From: Geopsychrobacteraceae bacterium
GTDB lineage: Bacteria; Desulfobacterota; Desulfuromonadia; Desulfuromonadales; Geopsychrobacteraceae
DNA: 64,000 bases
Assembly: GCA_963676795.2 (NCBI GenBank)
Contig: CAXXTB010000001.1
Span: 544,001 to 608,000 of the forward strand
Direction of reading: 5' to 3'
Part shown: positions 48,105 to 58,435 of the stretch, in pieces
Layout: each line of letters opens with the position of its first letter
Numbering within the stretch: position 1 is the stretch's first letter
Made by a program: the position numbers and the translations under genes
Notes under the pieces: model-generated
The model's input: only the letters and a program-made list of their open reading frames with translations
What the model was told of the DNA's origin: nothing
The model's database searches: none

Positions 48105-48899
48105 ATGGCATCGCTCACACAAAAATCAGTCTTCGCTTATTCTGCCCGTCTGAACTTTTTGGGCTATCTGCCCGAACTGCTGTCCCGCAGGTCCGCAGCT
48201 GGAGCGGTGTCCTATCCCTTTAATCAGAATCCATCGATCAAAGATGTCATAGAAGCCTGCGGGGTTCCCCATACCGAGGTCGACCTGATCCTGACGGAGC
48301 AGGGAAGTGTCGATTTCAGCTACCAGCTGCAGGACCGGGATCAGGTCAGGGTCTATCCCCTGCGGCATGGAGAGGTTCCTGCGGGTACGCGTCATCTTGC
48401 GGAAACGAGCCTTGATGAACCGCGCTTTATTCTCGACGTTCATCTGGGCAAGCTGACCCGCAAACTGAGGCTGCTCGGATTCGACTGCAGATATCGCAAC
48501 GACTTTGCCGATGAGCAGATTGTCGAACTGTCCCTGAGCGAAAAGAGGACGGTCCTGACCCGAGATCGGGGCCTCCTCAAATATGCCAGGCTCAAGTCAG
48601 GCCTGCTGATCCGTTATGAGCGGGATCTGGAGCAGGCTGCACAGGTTCTCAACCGCTACGCTCTGTGGGGGCAGATTGCCTTTCTGAAGCGCTGTGTCAG
48701 CTGTAACGGCCCCCTCTTACCAGTTGCCAAAGCGCAGATCGCAGCAGATCTTCCGCCCCGGACCGCTCTGTACTGTTCGGAATTCTGGCGCTGCCGGGAC
48801 TGCCTGCAGATCTACTGGCAGGGGGCGCATTTCCATAATCTGGACGAATGGCTGAGAAAGCTCAGGGCGCTGCAGCTGACCGATGGCAGATCAGGTTAA
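48105..48899 (+). CDS. Mut7-C RNase domain protein with ubiquitin-like N-terminus
   Basis: KDVIEACGVPHTEVDL, FILDVHLGKL.RKLRLLGFD, LTRDRGL, RCVSCNG, C..C.QIYWQGAH. Confidence 0.88.
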   Translation: MASLTQKSVFAYSARLNFLGYLPELLSRRSAAGAVSYPFNQNPSIKDVIEACGVPHTEVDLILTEQGSVDFSYQLQDRDQVRVYPLRHGEVPAGTRHLAETSLDEPRFILDVHLGKLTRKLRLLGFDCRYRNDFADEQIVELSLSEKRTVLTRDRGLLKYARLKSGLLIRYERDLEQAAQVLNRYALWGQIAFLKRCVSCNGPLLPVAKAQIAADLPPRTALYCSEFWRCRDCLQIYWQGAHFHNLDEWLRKLRALQLTDGRSG

Positions 48900-48993
48900 C
48901 GTACCATTGGGGTGATACTTCTGTTACATTCGTCCTTCTGTCCGTGCTTGGGCAGGGCCAATTTGCCGAAAACAGCTTCAAGGAAGAAAAAAG

Positions 48994-50244
48994 ATGTCTG
49001 ATATTCTCGAAACGGTGCTGGCCGAATGGCCTCAAAGCGCTGAAAAGCCGGTAAGGCTCCAGGTCACTAATTCAGGTGCAGCAGGACTGCATCGCGGGCA
49101 TCCCTGGCTCTATGTTGAAAAGATCGTTTCCGAAAGCAGACCGGGGCAGGCGGGGGACCTGGCGGTTGTCTTTGATGGTAAGAAGAAGTTTGTTGCGGTC
49201 GGGCTCTATGATCCGTTTTCACCGATTCGCATGCGGGCGTTGCGGACCAGCAAGCCGGGGATGATCGACAGGGCGTTCTTTGCCGAGAAGATTGCTGTGG
49301 CGCTGTCCAGACGTTCCGGTTTTCTGAACACAAAGACCGACGGATACCGCCTGATCTATGGCGAAAGCGACGGTTTTCCGGGGTTGGTGGTCGATCGCTA
49401 CGCTGAAACCGGAGTGGTCAAGCTTTATTCTCTCGCCTGGTTACCGTACCTGTATCAAATTCTGACGGAGCTGCTCAAACAGCAACCGCTTGAGCGCCTG
49501 GTGCTGCGCATGAACCGGGGGATGCAGCAGCATCCCGAGCTACTGCGCGGTCTCTGTGACGGACAGATCATCTACGGGCCGCCGATCAACGAGACCCTGA
49601 CCTGCCTGGAGAATGGCTTGCGTTTCGAGGTGGACCCGGTACGCGGTCAGAAGACCGGCTTCTTTCTTGATCAGCGTGATAACCGTGCCGAGGTCGAGCG
49701 TCTGGCCAGGGGCAAGCGGGTACTCAATGTCTTTTCATACAATGGCGGATTTTCGCTGGCGGCAGCGCGAGGTGGGGCGGTCGAGGTGACCAGTGTCGAT
49801 CAGAGTGGTGCGGCGCTCGAATCATCACAGCGTAATTTTGACCTGAACGCCGATCATCCGGCGGTTAAGGCGGCAAAGCATCTGACTATCGAGGATGATG
49901 CCTTCAACGCCCTGGCGCAACTGGTCAAACAGAAGAAGCAGTACGACCTGGTGATTATCGATCCGCCGGCCTTTGCCGTGCGCAGGTCGCAGGTCAAGGA
50001 CGCGCTCAACGCCTATGCCAAACTGGCACACCTGGGTGTCAATCTGCTGGTGCCGGGTGGGGATATCGTGCTCGCGTCCTGTTCCAGTCCGGTGACCCGT
50101 GAGGAATTCCGGGAAACCATGTGCGCTGCGGCACAGCGGGCCGGGCGGCCGTTGAAGCGCATTCGGGAAACCGGCCATGCCTGTGACCATCCGACCGATT
50201 TCTCCGATTGTCGTTATCTCAAGTGTCTGTTTGCCAAGGCTTAG
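48994..50244 (+). CDS. RlmI-like SAM-dependent rRNA methyltransferase
   Basis: GHPWLY, ESDGFPGLVVDRY, GQKTGFFLDQR, IDPPAF, SCS, YLK. Confidence 0.9.
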   Translation: MSDILETVLAEWPQSAEKPVRLQVTNSGAAGLHRGHPWLYVEKIVSESRPGQAGDLAVVFDGKKKFVAVGLYDPFSPIRMRALRTSKPGMIDRAFFAEKIAVALSRRSGFLNTKTDGYRLIYGESDGFPGLVVDRYAETGVVKLYSLAWLPYLYQILTELLKQQPLERLVLRMNRGMQQHPELLRGLCDGQIIYGPPINETLTCLENGLRFEVDPVRGQKTGFFLDQRDNRAEVERLARGKRVLNVFSYNGGFSLAAARGGAVEVTSVDQSGAALESSQRNFDLNADHPAVKAAKHLTIEDDAFNALAQLVKQKKQYDLVIIDPPAFAVRRSQVKDALNAYAKLAHLGVNLLVPGGDIVLASCSSPVTREEFRETMCAAAQRAGRPLKRIRETGHACDHPTDFSDCRYLKCLFAKA

Positions 50245-50270
50245 TTTAACACTTCTGTAGAAAAATGTTT

Positions 50271-50385
50271 CCTTCTCCCTTAGGGAGAAGGTGCCCCACA
50301 GGGGTGGATGAGGGGGGATTTTGTCCTGTTTCCCCCTCACCCTAGCCCTCTCCTTTAAGCCCTTTGGGTACTCAGGGAGAGGGGA
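50271..50385. repeat. REP-like palindromic cluster between convergent genes
   Basis: CCTTCTCCC-tta-GGGAGAAGG, GGATGAGGGGG and CCCCTCACCCTAGCCCTCTCC...GGGAGAGGG. Confidence 0.65.
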
Positions 50386-50413
50386 TGTTCTTACTATTTG
50401 AACACAGATAATT

Positions 50414-51798
50414 TCAGCTTTTCTGGCGCTGCCCGGATTGTTGTTTTGAGCTGGAAGCTCTGCTCCTCTCGCGGCGCTGGCTTCTGTTGGCCGGGGCCTG
50501 TTTCTGCCCCTGGGCTGGTTCCTGACGCTTGTCGCTGCTCCGTTTGACAACCTGAAGCTCTTTCCCTTCGCCGGGGTTTCTCTGTCCGGTCTTTGTCTGT
50601 TGCCCTGCCTTCGGTTTCTTGCTTCTTTGCGGAGCCTTGCTCTCGGGCCGTCCAGAAGGAACGTTATGGGTCGGAATAAAACCGGCTTCAACTTCACGCG
50701 GCAGGGTTTTCTTGATCACCTTTTCGATCGCCGCCAGCAGTTTCGCGTCATCGGCGCAGACCAGTGAAATCGCTTCCCCCTCAAGGCCGGCACGCCCGGT
50801 GCGGCCGATCCGGTGGACGTAATCCTCGGGAACCTGAGGCAGGTTGTAATTGACAACCTGTGGCAGGCCGGTGATATCGATGCCTCTGGCGGCGATGTCG
50901 GTGGCGACCAGAATGCGGACTTTTCCCGCTTTGAAGTCGGCCAGAGCGCGATTGCGTACCCCTTGCGCTTTATCGCCATGGATAGCGACGGCAGACAGTT
51001 CCGCCTTTTTCAGCTGACGAACCAGCTGATCGGCTCCCCGTTTGGTCTTGTTAAAGACCAGAACCTGTTGCCATTGCAGACGCTCTGCCAGTTGGCAGAG
51101 CAGCGCCGCTTTTTTGCTCTTGTCGACCTCGAAGACCCGTTGCTTGACAGTATTGGCCGTTGCATTGCGCGGGCTGACCTCGATCTGCAGAGGCTGGTTG
51201 AGCAAACCCCTGGTAAAGTTCAGGATCGAATCGGAGAAGGTCGCCGAAAACAGCAGGTTCTGGCGCTTTACCGGCAGCAGAGCCAGGATTTTATTCAGGT
51301 CGTTTCTGAAGCCCATATCGAGCATGCGGTCAGCTTCATCGAGAACCAGGGCTTCCAGGTGATCGAATTTGACCGCATGCTGCCCGGCCAGGTCGAGCAG
51401 ACGTCCCGGGGTTGCCACCAGGATGTCGCTGCCGCCGCGCAGGCGCTGCATCTGGGATTGATCTTGACCCCGCCGTAGACCGCGTAGGTTCTCATCCTCA
51501 GATATTTTGCATAGCTACTGATGTTCTGCTCAACCTGAACCGCCAGCTCGCGAGTCGGCGTGAGGATCAGGGCACGAACCTGGTTCGCCTTGGCTTTGTC
51601 GCCACGGCTCAGGCGCTCGAGCAACGGCAGGCCGAAACCAGCTGTTTTACCGGTTCCGGTCTGGGCGGCGGCCATCAGATCCCGGCCGGAAAGGATGGCC
51701 GGAATGGCCTGGGTTTGAATTGGTGTCGGATTGGTATAGTTGCTGTCGTTGATGGCGCGCAGCAGTGGTTCGGAAAGACCGAGAGAATGAAATGACAT
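50414..51798 (-). pseudogene. rhlE: RhlE-like DEAD-box RNA helicase with one frameshift near 51455 (or sequencing error)
   Basis: AQTGTGKT and PTRELA in 51295-51798; TPGRL, DEAD, SAT and [10 protein letters not shown] in 50414-51451; AAT CCC AGA needs one more C to read INPQM. Confidence 0.8.
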
Positions 51799-52080
51799 AA
51801 GACCTTTTAAAAATGAGGTTATTTGGTATGTACAGCAGACTGAGATATTGAGGAGCGATCTGAGAATGGACTGTGGAAAACCGGTTTATTATACCCGGTT
51901 TTCAACTAAATACAAGAAATATCGTAAGAAAATGAAGATTTGTTCAGGTGGAACGGGAAATGCTTATTTTGAAGCTTGAATAACTCCTTGAATGGAAGGT
52001 TTGGTTCTTCCGCTGAGAGGACCATTTGAAATTTGAGATCTCAGATCACCCGGAGGGCGGACGCCCTCCGGAGTGGTTTA

Positions 52081-53487
52081 TCAGAAGTAAGCCTGCAGCC
52101 CCTTTGGCAACTGTTCATAACGTTCAATCTGCTGCCACTGTTCAAGTTCATTGGTCGCTGTGCGGTCATTGTCCTTGAGGATATGCACAAAGCGGCCGAT
52201 CTGCTCTTCCCGCAAGGTGATCTCAACCAGCTTGCGCCGTTCGATGACCATCTTGCGGTTGCTCGGCAGGCGCAGTTCGCGGAACGGGTAACGGTAGGAG
52301 ACCTGATCCAGAACCGGGGTTTCCGCGTAGCTGACGCTCAGTTCCAGGCCGCTGGTCGGCAACTGCTCAAGAATCTGAGCGGTGCAGAACAGCAGGTCCT
52401 GTTGCGGGCTGAGTTCCCACCCCTGATTATCGTCCAGGGGCAGCCCTGATACCAGTTGGGCCAGGTCGCTGCCGCCGGAACGGACGACAAGGGTGCGCAG
52501 GTAACCGGCTTCGGTCAGCTCCTCGTAATGCTTTCCACTTAAGGCAGAGCCCCGGCCCCGTGCGGCAGCGCGCTGGTAGCGGTTCTTGTAGACGAATGAG
52601 CAGTAGTTGATCCCCAGTTCGAGGTTCTGTTCCAGGCCATGACGGATCAGCTGTAGCGCGGTCAGCTCTGATTCGAGCACCGTGATCCGTTCGCCATGCA
52701 CGTAGGTGTAGTCGCGCTGTTTCAGCTTTGGAAAGTTGTAGGCGGTCAGGCGCAGCTGATGCAGATTGAGGAAGTTGATCCCCAGATCGTTCATCTCGAT
52801 CAGTCGCTCCTGCATCAGTTCCAGCTTTTCCGGCACCGCCGGGATCTCAACGGTGACATTGGGGATGATGCCGACGGCCAGGGCGGCCTTGGCTGTCGAA
52901 TAGTTGATCGCACCGATGTCGAAGCGGATTTCATCCAGCCCGGCATCGCGCAGCTGTTTGAGGATATCGCTGGTGACCAGCGAGCCGTTAGTATAGAGCC
53001 AAGTGTGGAGCTTGTCGCCCAGCTGCTGTTTGGCCGTTTTCAAAAAGCCGAGGCAGCGCCCCGGTGTCAGCAGCGGCTCGCCGCCGGAGAGGCTCATGCC
53101 GCCAAAACCGAAGGTCTCCAGGTAGGCCGCGTAGTCCGACGGCAGGCGGAAGGTCAGATTGTTCGTTGTCGGCAGACCGATTTCGTCCTGCGAGGTCGGG
53201 CAGTAGAAGCAGTCGCAGTTGCACTTGCCGTTGATGAACAGGCATGACCACTTCCCCTCACTGCACAGCTTGCAGCCGGGCGACAGCTTGTTCGAATAGA
53301 GCTTGCTGCCATTGCAGATGGCTGAAACCTTTCCCTCCAGGTCGGCCAGAATTGCGGCGCGATAAGCTTCGGAGGCCGGAATGTCTTCGGCACCAAGAAA
53401 GTGCAACTCCGGATAGATTTCGGCGTAGTCCTGCCGGTTTGCGGCAATATATTTCTCTTGTGCAGAGGGGTTTAAAACATCGGCCAT
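52081..53487 (-). CDS. Radical SAM protein
   Basis: LSPGCKLC, CNCDCFYC, SGGEPLL, LYTNG, GLDEIRFD. Confidence 0.88.
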   Translation of the reverse strand: MADVLNPSAQEKYIAANRQDYAEIYPELHFLGAEDIPASEAYRAAILADLEGKVSAICNGSKLYSNKLSPGCKLCSEGKWSCLFINGKCNCDCFYCPTSQDEIGLPTTNNLTFRLPSDYAAYLETFGFGGMSLSGGEPLLTPGRCLGFLKTAKQQLGDKLHTWLYTNGSLVTSDILKQLRDAGLDEIRFDIGAINYSTAKAALAVGIIPNVTVEIPAVPEKLELMQERLIEMNDLGINFLNLHQLRLTAYNFPKLKQRDYTYVHGERITVLESELTALQLIRHGLEQNLELGINYCSFVYKNRYQRAAARGRGSALSGKHYEELTEAGYLRTLVVRSGGSDLAQLVSGLPLDDNQGWELSPQQDLLFCTAQILEQLPTSGLELSVSYAETPVLDQVSYRYPFRELRLPSNRKMVIERRKLVEITLREEQIGRFVHILKDNDRTATNELEQWQQIERYEQLPKGLQAYF

Positions 53488-53634
53488 GAAGACCTCCCGT
53501 ATAACCCTGATCGGGCGTGATAGAAAAGCTGCGAAGTTATACGGCAGAACACAGTTTTAAGGCAATTTTAAAAGAGCATCTAGAGTATTTTCACCGAGTA
53601 TTTTTTACTGCTAAGAGAGAAAGAAGATTCGGGG

Positions 53635-54600
53635 TCAGATGTTCAGTTTGCGCATTTTTGATCTGAGTGTACTCGGGTTGAGCCCCAGGCGTTTTGCCGC
53701 GCCAAAAGGACCATCTATGCGACTATGACATTCCAGGACAATTCGCTGAATGTGATTGCGGATGACTGTTTCAAGAGTTTCGTCTGCTCCGCTTGCTGAG
53801 TCATTTGGCTCTTGAACTACGCTTATCCCGGACTCTTGAGTGACAGGGCCGAGGGCTGTGGCGATCTGTAGACTTCCTGTGACTTCTCCCAGAAGAATCG
53901 CACGGTTTATGACGGATGACAGCTCTCTTATATTTCCGGGCCACCTGTAGCTTTGCAGCAGCTTTATATCATTTGCCGTGAATCTGAACGGTTTTATCCC
54001 ATAGCGGTTGAATGCCCGATCGGCAAAGTATTCTGCCAGGGCAGGGATGTCCTCCAGCCTTTCACGCAAAGGGGGGATGACAATCGGGAAAACTGACAGG
54101 CGATAATAGAGATCTTCTCTGAACAGTTTGTTTTCGATCAGTTGGGGGAGAGAGCGATGGGTTGCGGCAATGATACGGACATCGGTTCTGGTTTCTTTCT
54201 CGCCACCGACCCGGCAGAAGCTGCCATCCTGCAGAACACGTAACAGACGGACCTGGGCGGCGGCATTCAGTTCACCAATCTCATCGAGAAAAAGGGTTCC
54301 CTTGTCAGCCTGTTCAAACCAGCCGCGGTGCAAGCCGGATGTTCCGGTAAAAGAGCCCTTCTCATGGCCGAACAGTTCCGAGTCGATCAGCTCCGGAGCT
54401 ATGGCGCCACAATTCACACGTCTGAAAACTTGGTCTTTCCTCGCAGAGCGTTCGTGAATTGTCTGGGCCACGACCTCTTTGCCACTCCCCGACTCTCCGT
54501 GGATCAGTATCGGGATGTTCTTGGGGGCAACCAGATTGACCCGTTCCATAACTTTGGCAAGACCTGAATCATGACCTATGATCTGTGTGTGTCTTTCCAT
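53635..54600 (-). CDS. Sigma-54 enhancer-binding protein without a sensory domain
   Basis: GESGSGKE, ELFGHEKGSFTGT, LFLDEIGE, FREDLYYRL, WPGNIREL, C-terminal Fis-type HTH. Confidence 0.9.
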   Translation of the reverse strand: MERHTQIIGHDSGLAKVMERVNLVAPKNIPILIHGESGSGKEVVAQTIHERSARKDQVFRRVNCGAIAPELIDSELFGHEKGSFTGTSGLHRGWFEQADKGTLFLDEIGELNAAAQVRLLRVLQDGSFCRVGGEKETRTDVRIIAATHRSLPQLIENKLFREDLYYRLSVFPIVIPPLRERLEDIPALAEYFADRAFNRYGIKPFRFTANDIKLLQSYRWPGNIRELSSVINRAILLGEVTGSLQIATALGPVTQESGISVVQEPNDSASGADETLETVIRNHIQRIVLECHSRIDGPFGAAKRLGLNPSTLRSKMRKLNI

Positions 54601-54711
54601 ATCGCATAAACCCCGTTCTATTTAACACAAAAAACATTTTATTTAACTTTGACGCAGCCGAAGTCAATAGTCAATCTGTAAAAAGAGCGTCAGAACAAGC
54701 CGTTGTAAAGG

Positions 54712-54727
54712 TGGTACAGATTTCGCT
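54712..54727 (+). promoter_or_regulatory. Sigma-54 (-24/-12) promoter for the TSUP gene
   Basis: TGGTACAGATTTCGCT, GG-N10-GC, 38 nt upstream of ATG 54765 and divergent from the activator gene. Confidence 0.7.
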
Positions 54728-54764
54728 AGAAGAGACTCATTGATAAAAAAAAGGAGAATCTTTC

Positions 54765-55829
54765 ATGTCGCAGAACAGAATGGAGCTTGGCGCAGATCAG
54801 AATGCAGAAGTGTCTATCCTTGGTTGGGAAACCTCGGTCAGCAGAGACCGCCTCAGAATAAGCGAGCGGATCGCCCTCAATCGTTCGGAAATCAAGGCGT
54901 CCCTGATCGGCCTTGGAGTCCTGCTGGTCATCTTCCTGATCAGTTGCTGGTTGGCCGGTAATCCTTTTGCCGGCACTCAGCGGATTGCTTCGCCTGCATT
55001 GTCCGGGAGCGATTGGCTCGGAACCAATCAATGGGGTATTTTGTGGACCGTTGTCGGACTGGCGATCATCTTTGAATTTCTCGATTCTGCTGCGGGGATG
55101 GGCTACGGTACGGCCTTTACCCCGATTCTGCTGCTGATGGGGTTCGAGCCGCTACAGATCATCCCTGTGATCATGATTCAGCAGGCCTGTGCCGGCTTGA
55201 CAGGAGCCTACATGCACAAGGAATACGGCAATGTCGAATGGCGCTTCAGGCCGGCTTCCGAGTCGGTCAAACTGATTCTGATCATCGCCGGAAGTGGTAT
55301 TCTGGCAGTCAGTTTTTCCATTTCATCAATCTACGGAATTTTCAAGGTGGGGGAAATCTGGATTAAACTCTATGTCGTCCTTCTGTTGCTGGTCATGGGC
55401 GTGACAGCACTGTTTGGCAGCAGAAAGTCCTACAGTTATCGTCCCGGACGGATGTATTTTTTTGGCGCACTTGCCGCCTTCAACAAAGGGATCGGTGGCG
55501 GAGGCTATGGTCCGGTCGTAACAATCGGCGGTCTGCTCTCCGGTATCCCGGCCAAGGCGATGATGGCGGTTACTGCATTTTCCGAAGGGATTGTCTGTGT
55601 CGTCTCGATCCTTGTCTGGATTTTCTGGCTCAATCGTGGCCTGGCCATAGACTTTATCCTGCTGCCATCGATGATATTGGGAAGTATCCTGGCCGTTATT
55701 GCCGCGCCCTATATGACGCGGGTTCTGCCGGAAAAAACCTGGCGAGCCGTAGTGCCTGTTTATTGCTGCTTCATTGCGGTACTTTGTTTCTGGAAATTGC
55801 TGCCGAAATTGTCGACACTGCTATTCTAG
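54765..55829 (+). CDS. Sulfite exporter TauE/SafE (TSUP) family protein
   Basis: EFLDSAAGMGYGT, FNKGIGGGGYGPVV; many TM segments. Confidence 0.85.
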   Translation: MSQNRMELGADQNAEVSILGWETSVSRDRLRISERIALNRSEIKASLIGLGVLLVIFLISCWLAGNPFAGTQRIASPALSGSDWLGTNQWGILWTVVGLAIIFEFLDSAAGMGYGTAFTPILLLMGFEPLQIIPVIMIQQACAGLTGAYMHKEYGNVEWRFRPASESVKLILIIAGSGILAVSFSISSIYGIFKVGEIWIKLYVVLLLLVMGVTALFGSRKSYSYRPGRMYFFGALAAFNKGIGGGGYGPVVTIGGLLSGIPAKAMMAVTAFSEGIVCVVSILVWIFWLNRGLAIDFILLPSMILGSILAVIAAPYMTRVLPEKTWRAVVPVYCCFIAVLCFWKLLPKLSTLLF

Positions 55830-55908
55830 CGGAGATCTCTGAGAAAAAGCACAGGCCACCTCAATCAGGAAGAGAGGTGGCCCGTGCTTATGTTTGTTTT
55901 TCCGGCTT

Positions 55909-56343
55909 TCAGTTCAGGCGCTGAATCTGATCGCCCGGTTTGATCACGCCACCTTCAAGAACCTTAGCGAAGATTCCTTCTTTGGGCATGACACAGTCGC
56001 CGGCCTGGTAGTAGATGGCGCAGCGGTTGTGACATTCCTTGCCGATCTGGGTGATCTCGAGCAGGGTGTCACCGATTTTGAGCTGGGCACCGATCGGCAG
56101 GGCCGGGAGGTCGATCCCTTCGGTGGTCAGGTTCTCGGCGAAATCGCCGTTGTCGACATCGAGACCCATGGCCTGCATCTTGGCGATACTTTCCTTGGCC
56201 AGCAGGCTGACCTGACGGTGCCAGTCTCCGGCATGGGCATCGCCGACGATGCCGTGGTTGATCTGCAGTTCGACACTGTCGACCGGGGTCTTGCGTTCAC
56301 CTTTGTTCTTGCTGATACAGACTGCGACTAACTGTTGAGCCAT
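55909..56343 (-). CDS. MOSC-domain protein
   Basis: GIVGDAHAGDWHRQVSLL, FAENLTT, TQIGKECH..C, CVMPKEGIF. Confidence 0.92.
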   Translation of the reverse strand: MAQQLVAVCISKNKGERKTPVDSVELQINHGIVGDAHAGDWHRQVSLLAKESIAKMQAMGLDVDNGDFAENLTTEGIDLPALPIGAQLKIGDTLLEITQIGKECHNRCAIYYQAGDCVMPKEGIFAKVLEGGVIKPGDQIQRLN

Positions 56344-56489
56344 GACTTCACTATCCTCCAATGTCCGGTTTGGGGAAAACAACCGGTGTTCATTGCGCAC
56401 CATCAAAATCATGATTTTGCGTGGCGATAACTGTTGATAAAAACGCTAGAAGAATAAGCTGGAACTATTCTTTAGCAGAATTATCAATT

Positions 56490-57695
56490 TTAGCCAAGAG
56501 GTAAGCGCAACATAATCACTTCAGCGTAGTCTCCCGCGACAAGATCGGGGCTGCCGATGGCAACCGGCAGCAGTGCCTGCGAGCCGTGAATGCTGCGGTT
56601 CTGCCCCGAACCCTGACGCGTCGACGGCAGGAAGCAGATCTCCCCCTCTTCGACCTGCAGCTGTCCCCACATGAACAGCTGACGTTTGACCCCGCCCTTG
56701 ACCCTGTCGAGCAGTCTGACCCTGACGCGTGGAGCCAGTGCCTGTTTGCTGCCGCCGAGCAGGCGCAGGGCCGGCAGGCCGAACAGTTCAAAGGTCGCCG
56801 CCGAGGCTGCCGGGTTGCCGGGCAGGCCGAAGATCAGTTTTTCGCCGACCTTGCCGAACAGGACCGGTTTGCCTGGCTTGATGGCGACCTTCCAGAAGAT
56901 CTTCTCGAAACCGAGCTTCTCCCAGGTGGCCTGGACATGATCGTGATCACCGATCGAGACACCGCCGCTGGTGAGGATGACATCCGCTTCTTCCAGCCCT
57001 TTCTTGAGCAGGGCTTCCAGTTCGCCGGGACGATCCTTGGCGATACCGAGCAGGATCGGCTGGTAACCTGCTTCCTTGAGGCGTGCCGCGAGCAGGTAGG
57101 AGTTGGAGTTGACGATCCTGCCGTTGTCCGGTTCTTCACCAAGGTTGACCAGTTCATCACCGGTGGCGAGGATAGCGACTTTGGGAGCCGGGTGGACCAG
57201 CACCTGTTCGATCCCGGCCGAGGCGAGCATGCCGATGGTACCGGACTGCAGGGTACAACCGGCATCCAGAATCCGGTCACCGCTTTTCATCTCTTCCCCC
57301 TGGTAGCGGAGGTTATCGCCGGGCTTAGGTGTTTCCTTCAGGGTGATGGTCTTGCCGTCAATAGTGATGTCTTCAAGAGGAACGATGGTATCGCAACCCG
57401 GCGGCACCGGAGCGCCGGTCATGATGCGTACCGCTTCACCCGCAGCGACCGGGGCCAGGCGGTTGACGCCGGCCGGAACGAAATCGACATCGGTCAGGGT
57501 CAGATCCTCAGTGAGGCCTGCAAGGGCAAATGCGTAGCCGTCCATCGCCGAGTTGTCCTTGGGCGGCAGGTCGAAACGCGCAATGATGTCTTCAGCCAGA
57601 ACCCGGCCAACAGCCTCGTCAAGCGAAACTCGTACCGGGGCAAGAGGCTTGACATTGCCGATCACCAGGGCGATTGCTTCATCGTAACTGATCAT
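56490..57695 (-). CDS. moeA: Molybdopterin molybdotransferase
   Basis: NSAMDGYA, IMTGAPVP, ATGDEL, SGGVSIGDHD, KPGKP, LPGNP. Confidence 0.95.
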   Translation of the reverse strand: MISYDEAIALVIGNVKPLAPVRVSLDEAVGRVLAEDIIARFDLPPKDNSAMDGYAFALAGLTEDLTLTDVDFVPAGVNRLAPVAAGEAVRIMTGAPVPPGCDTIVPLEDITIDGKTITLKETPKPGDNLRYQGEEMKSGDRILDAGCTLQSGTIGMLASAGIEQVLVHPAPKVAILATGDELVNLGEEPDNGRIVNSNSYLLAARLKEAGYQPILLGIAKDRPGELEALLKKGLEEADVILTSGGVSIGDHDHVQATWEKLGFEKIFWKVAIKPGKPVLFGKVGEKLIFGLPGNPAASAATFELFGLPALRLLGGSKQALAPRVRVRLLDRVKGGVKRQLFMWGQLQVEEGEICFLPSTRQGSGQNRSIHGSQALLPVAIGSPDLVAGDYAEVIMLRLPLG

Positions 57696-57739
57696 AGGTT
57701 TTCCGTTCTATGGATGGTTGTCCTGCAGAATCTGTTGCT

Positions 57740-58351
57740 TCAGCGCTTTTCGGCGAGAACTTTCTCCAGATCCTCAGGAGTATTCACATTGGACAGGGCC
57801 AGTTGCCAGCCTTCCGGAAATTCTGCAGTATCGATCAGTCTGCAGTCAATCCTGGCAAACAAACTTTGAATGCGGAAATTCTCTGCTATCAGCATCTCTT
57901 CGATGATCGGCAGGCAGGATTTGTTGTAGAGGCCGAAAACAGCGTCGACGCGGCCGTCCGTGGTTGGCAGCACAGCCGAAACGTCACTGCGTAGCGGCAG
58001 GAGCTGTTCAAAGATAAGCCGGTCCGGAAAGGGCATATCGCAGGGAGCGATGAAAATCCAGTCGGTTTCAGCTGCTTTGAGGGCAGTATGGACGCCGGCC
58101 AGCGAACTGCCGGGGTAGATGTCCGGATAGGATTTGATGCCGGGAAGCTCCAGGTCGGGGCGCTCACCGGAGATCAACACCTGATCAAAGAGTTCCCGCA
58201 TCAGGTCGATAACCCGTAGGTAAAGGGGGCGTCCGGCGATTTCGAGCATAGCCTTATCCTGCCCCATGCGCTTGCTGCGCCCACCGGCGAGCAGGACTCC
58301 GGTTACATCAGGGTAGATTGATTTTTTCAGATCTGTATTCATGGGGAACAA
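57740..58351 (-). CDS. mobA: Molybdenum cofactor guanylyltransferase
   Basis: LAGGRSKRMGQDKA, PCDMP, NVNTPED. Confidence 0.93.
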   Translation of the reverse strand: MFPMNTDLKKSIYPDVTGVLLAGGRSKRMGQDKAMLEIAGRPLYLRVIDLMRELFDQVLISGERPDLELPGIKSYPDIYPGSSLAGVHTALKAAETDWIFIAPCDMPFPDRLIFEQLLPLRSDVSAVLPTTDGRVDAVFGLYNKSCLPIIEEMLIAENFRIQSLFARIDCRLIDTAEFPEGWQLALSNVNTPEDLEKVLAEKR

Positions 58352-58435
58352 TGATAACGGATTTCAATTTTTTTTCAGCAAAAAAGTCGACTGCGCAGCT
58401 GGGGATTGCTTCCGGAAGCGTGTGATCTTCCAATT

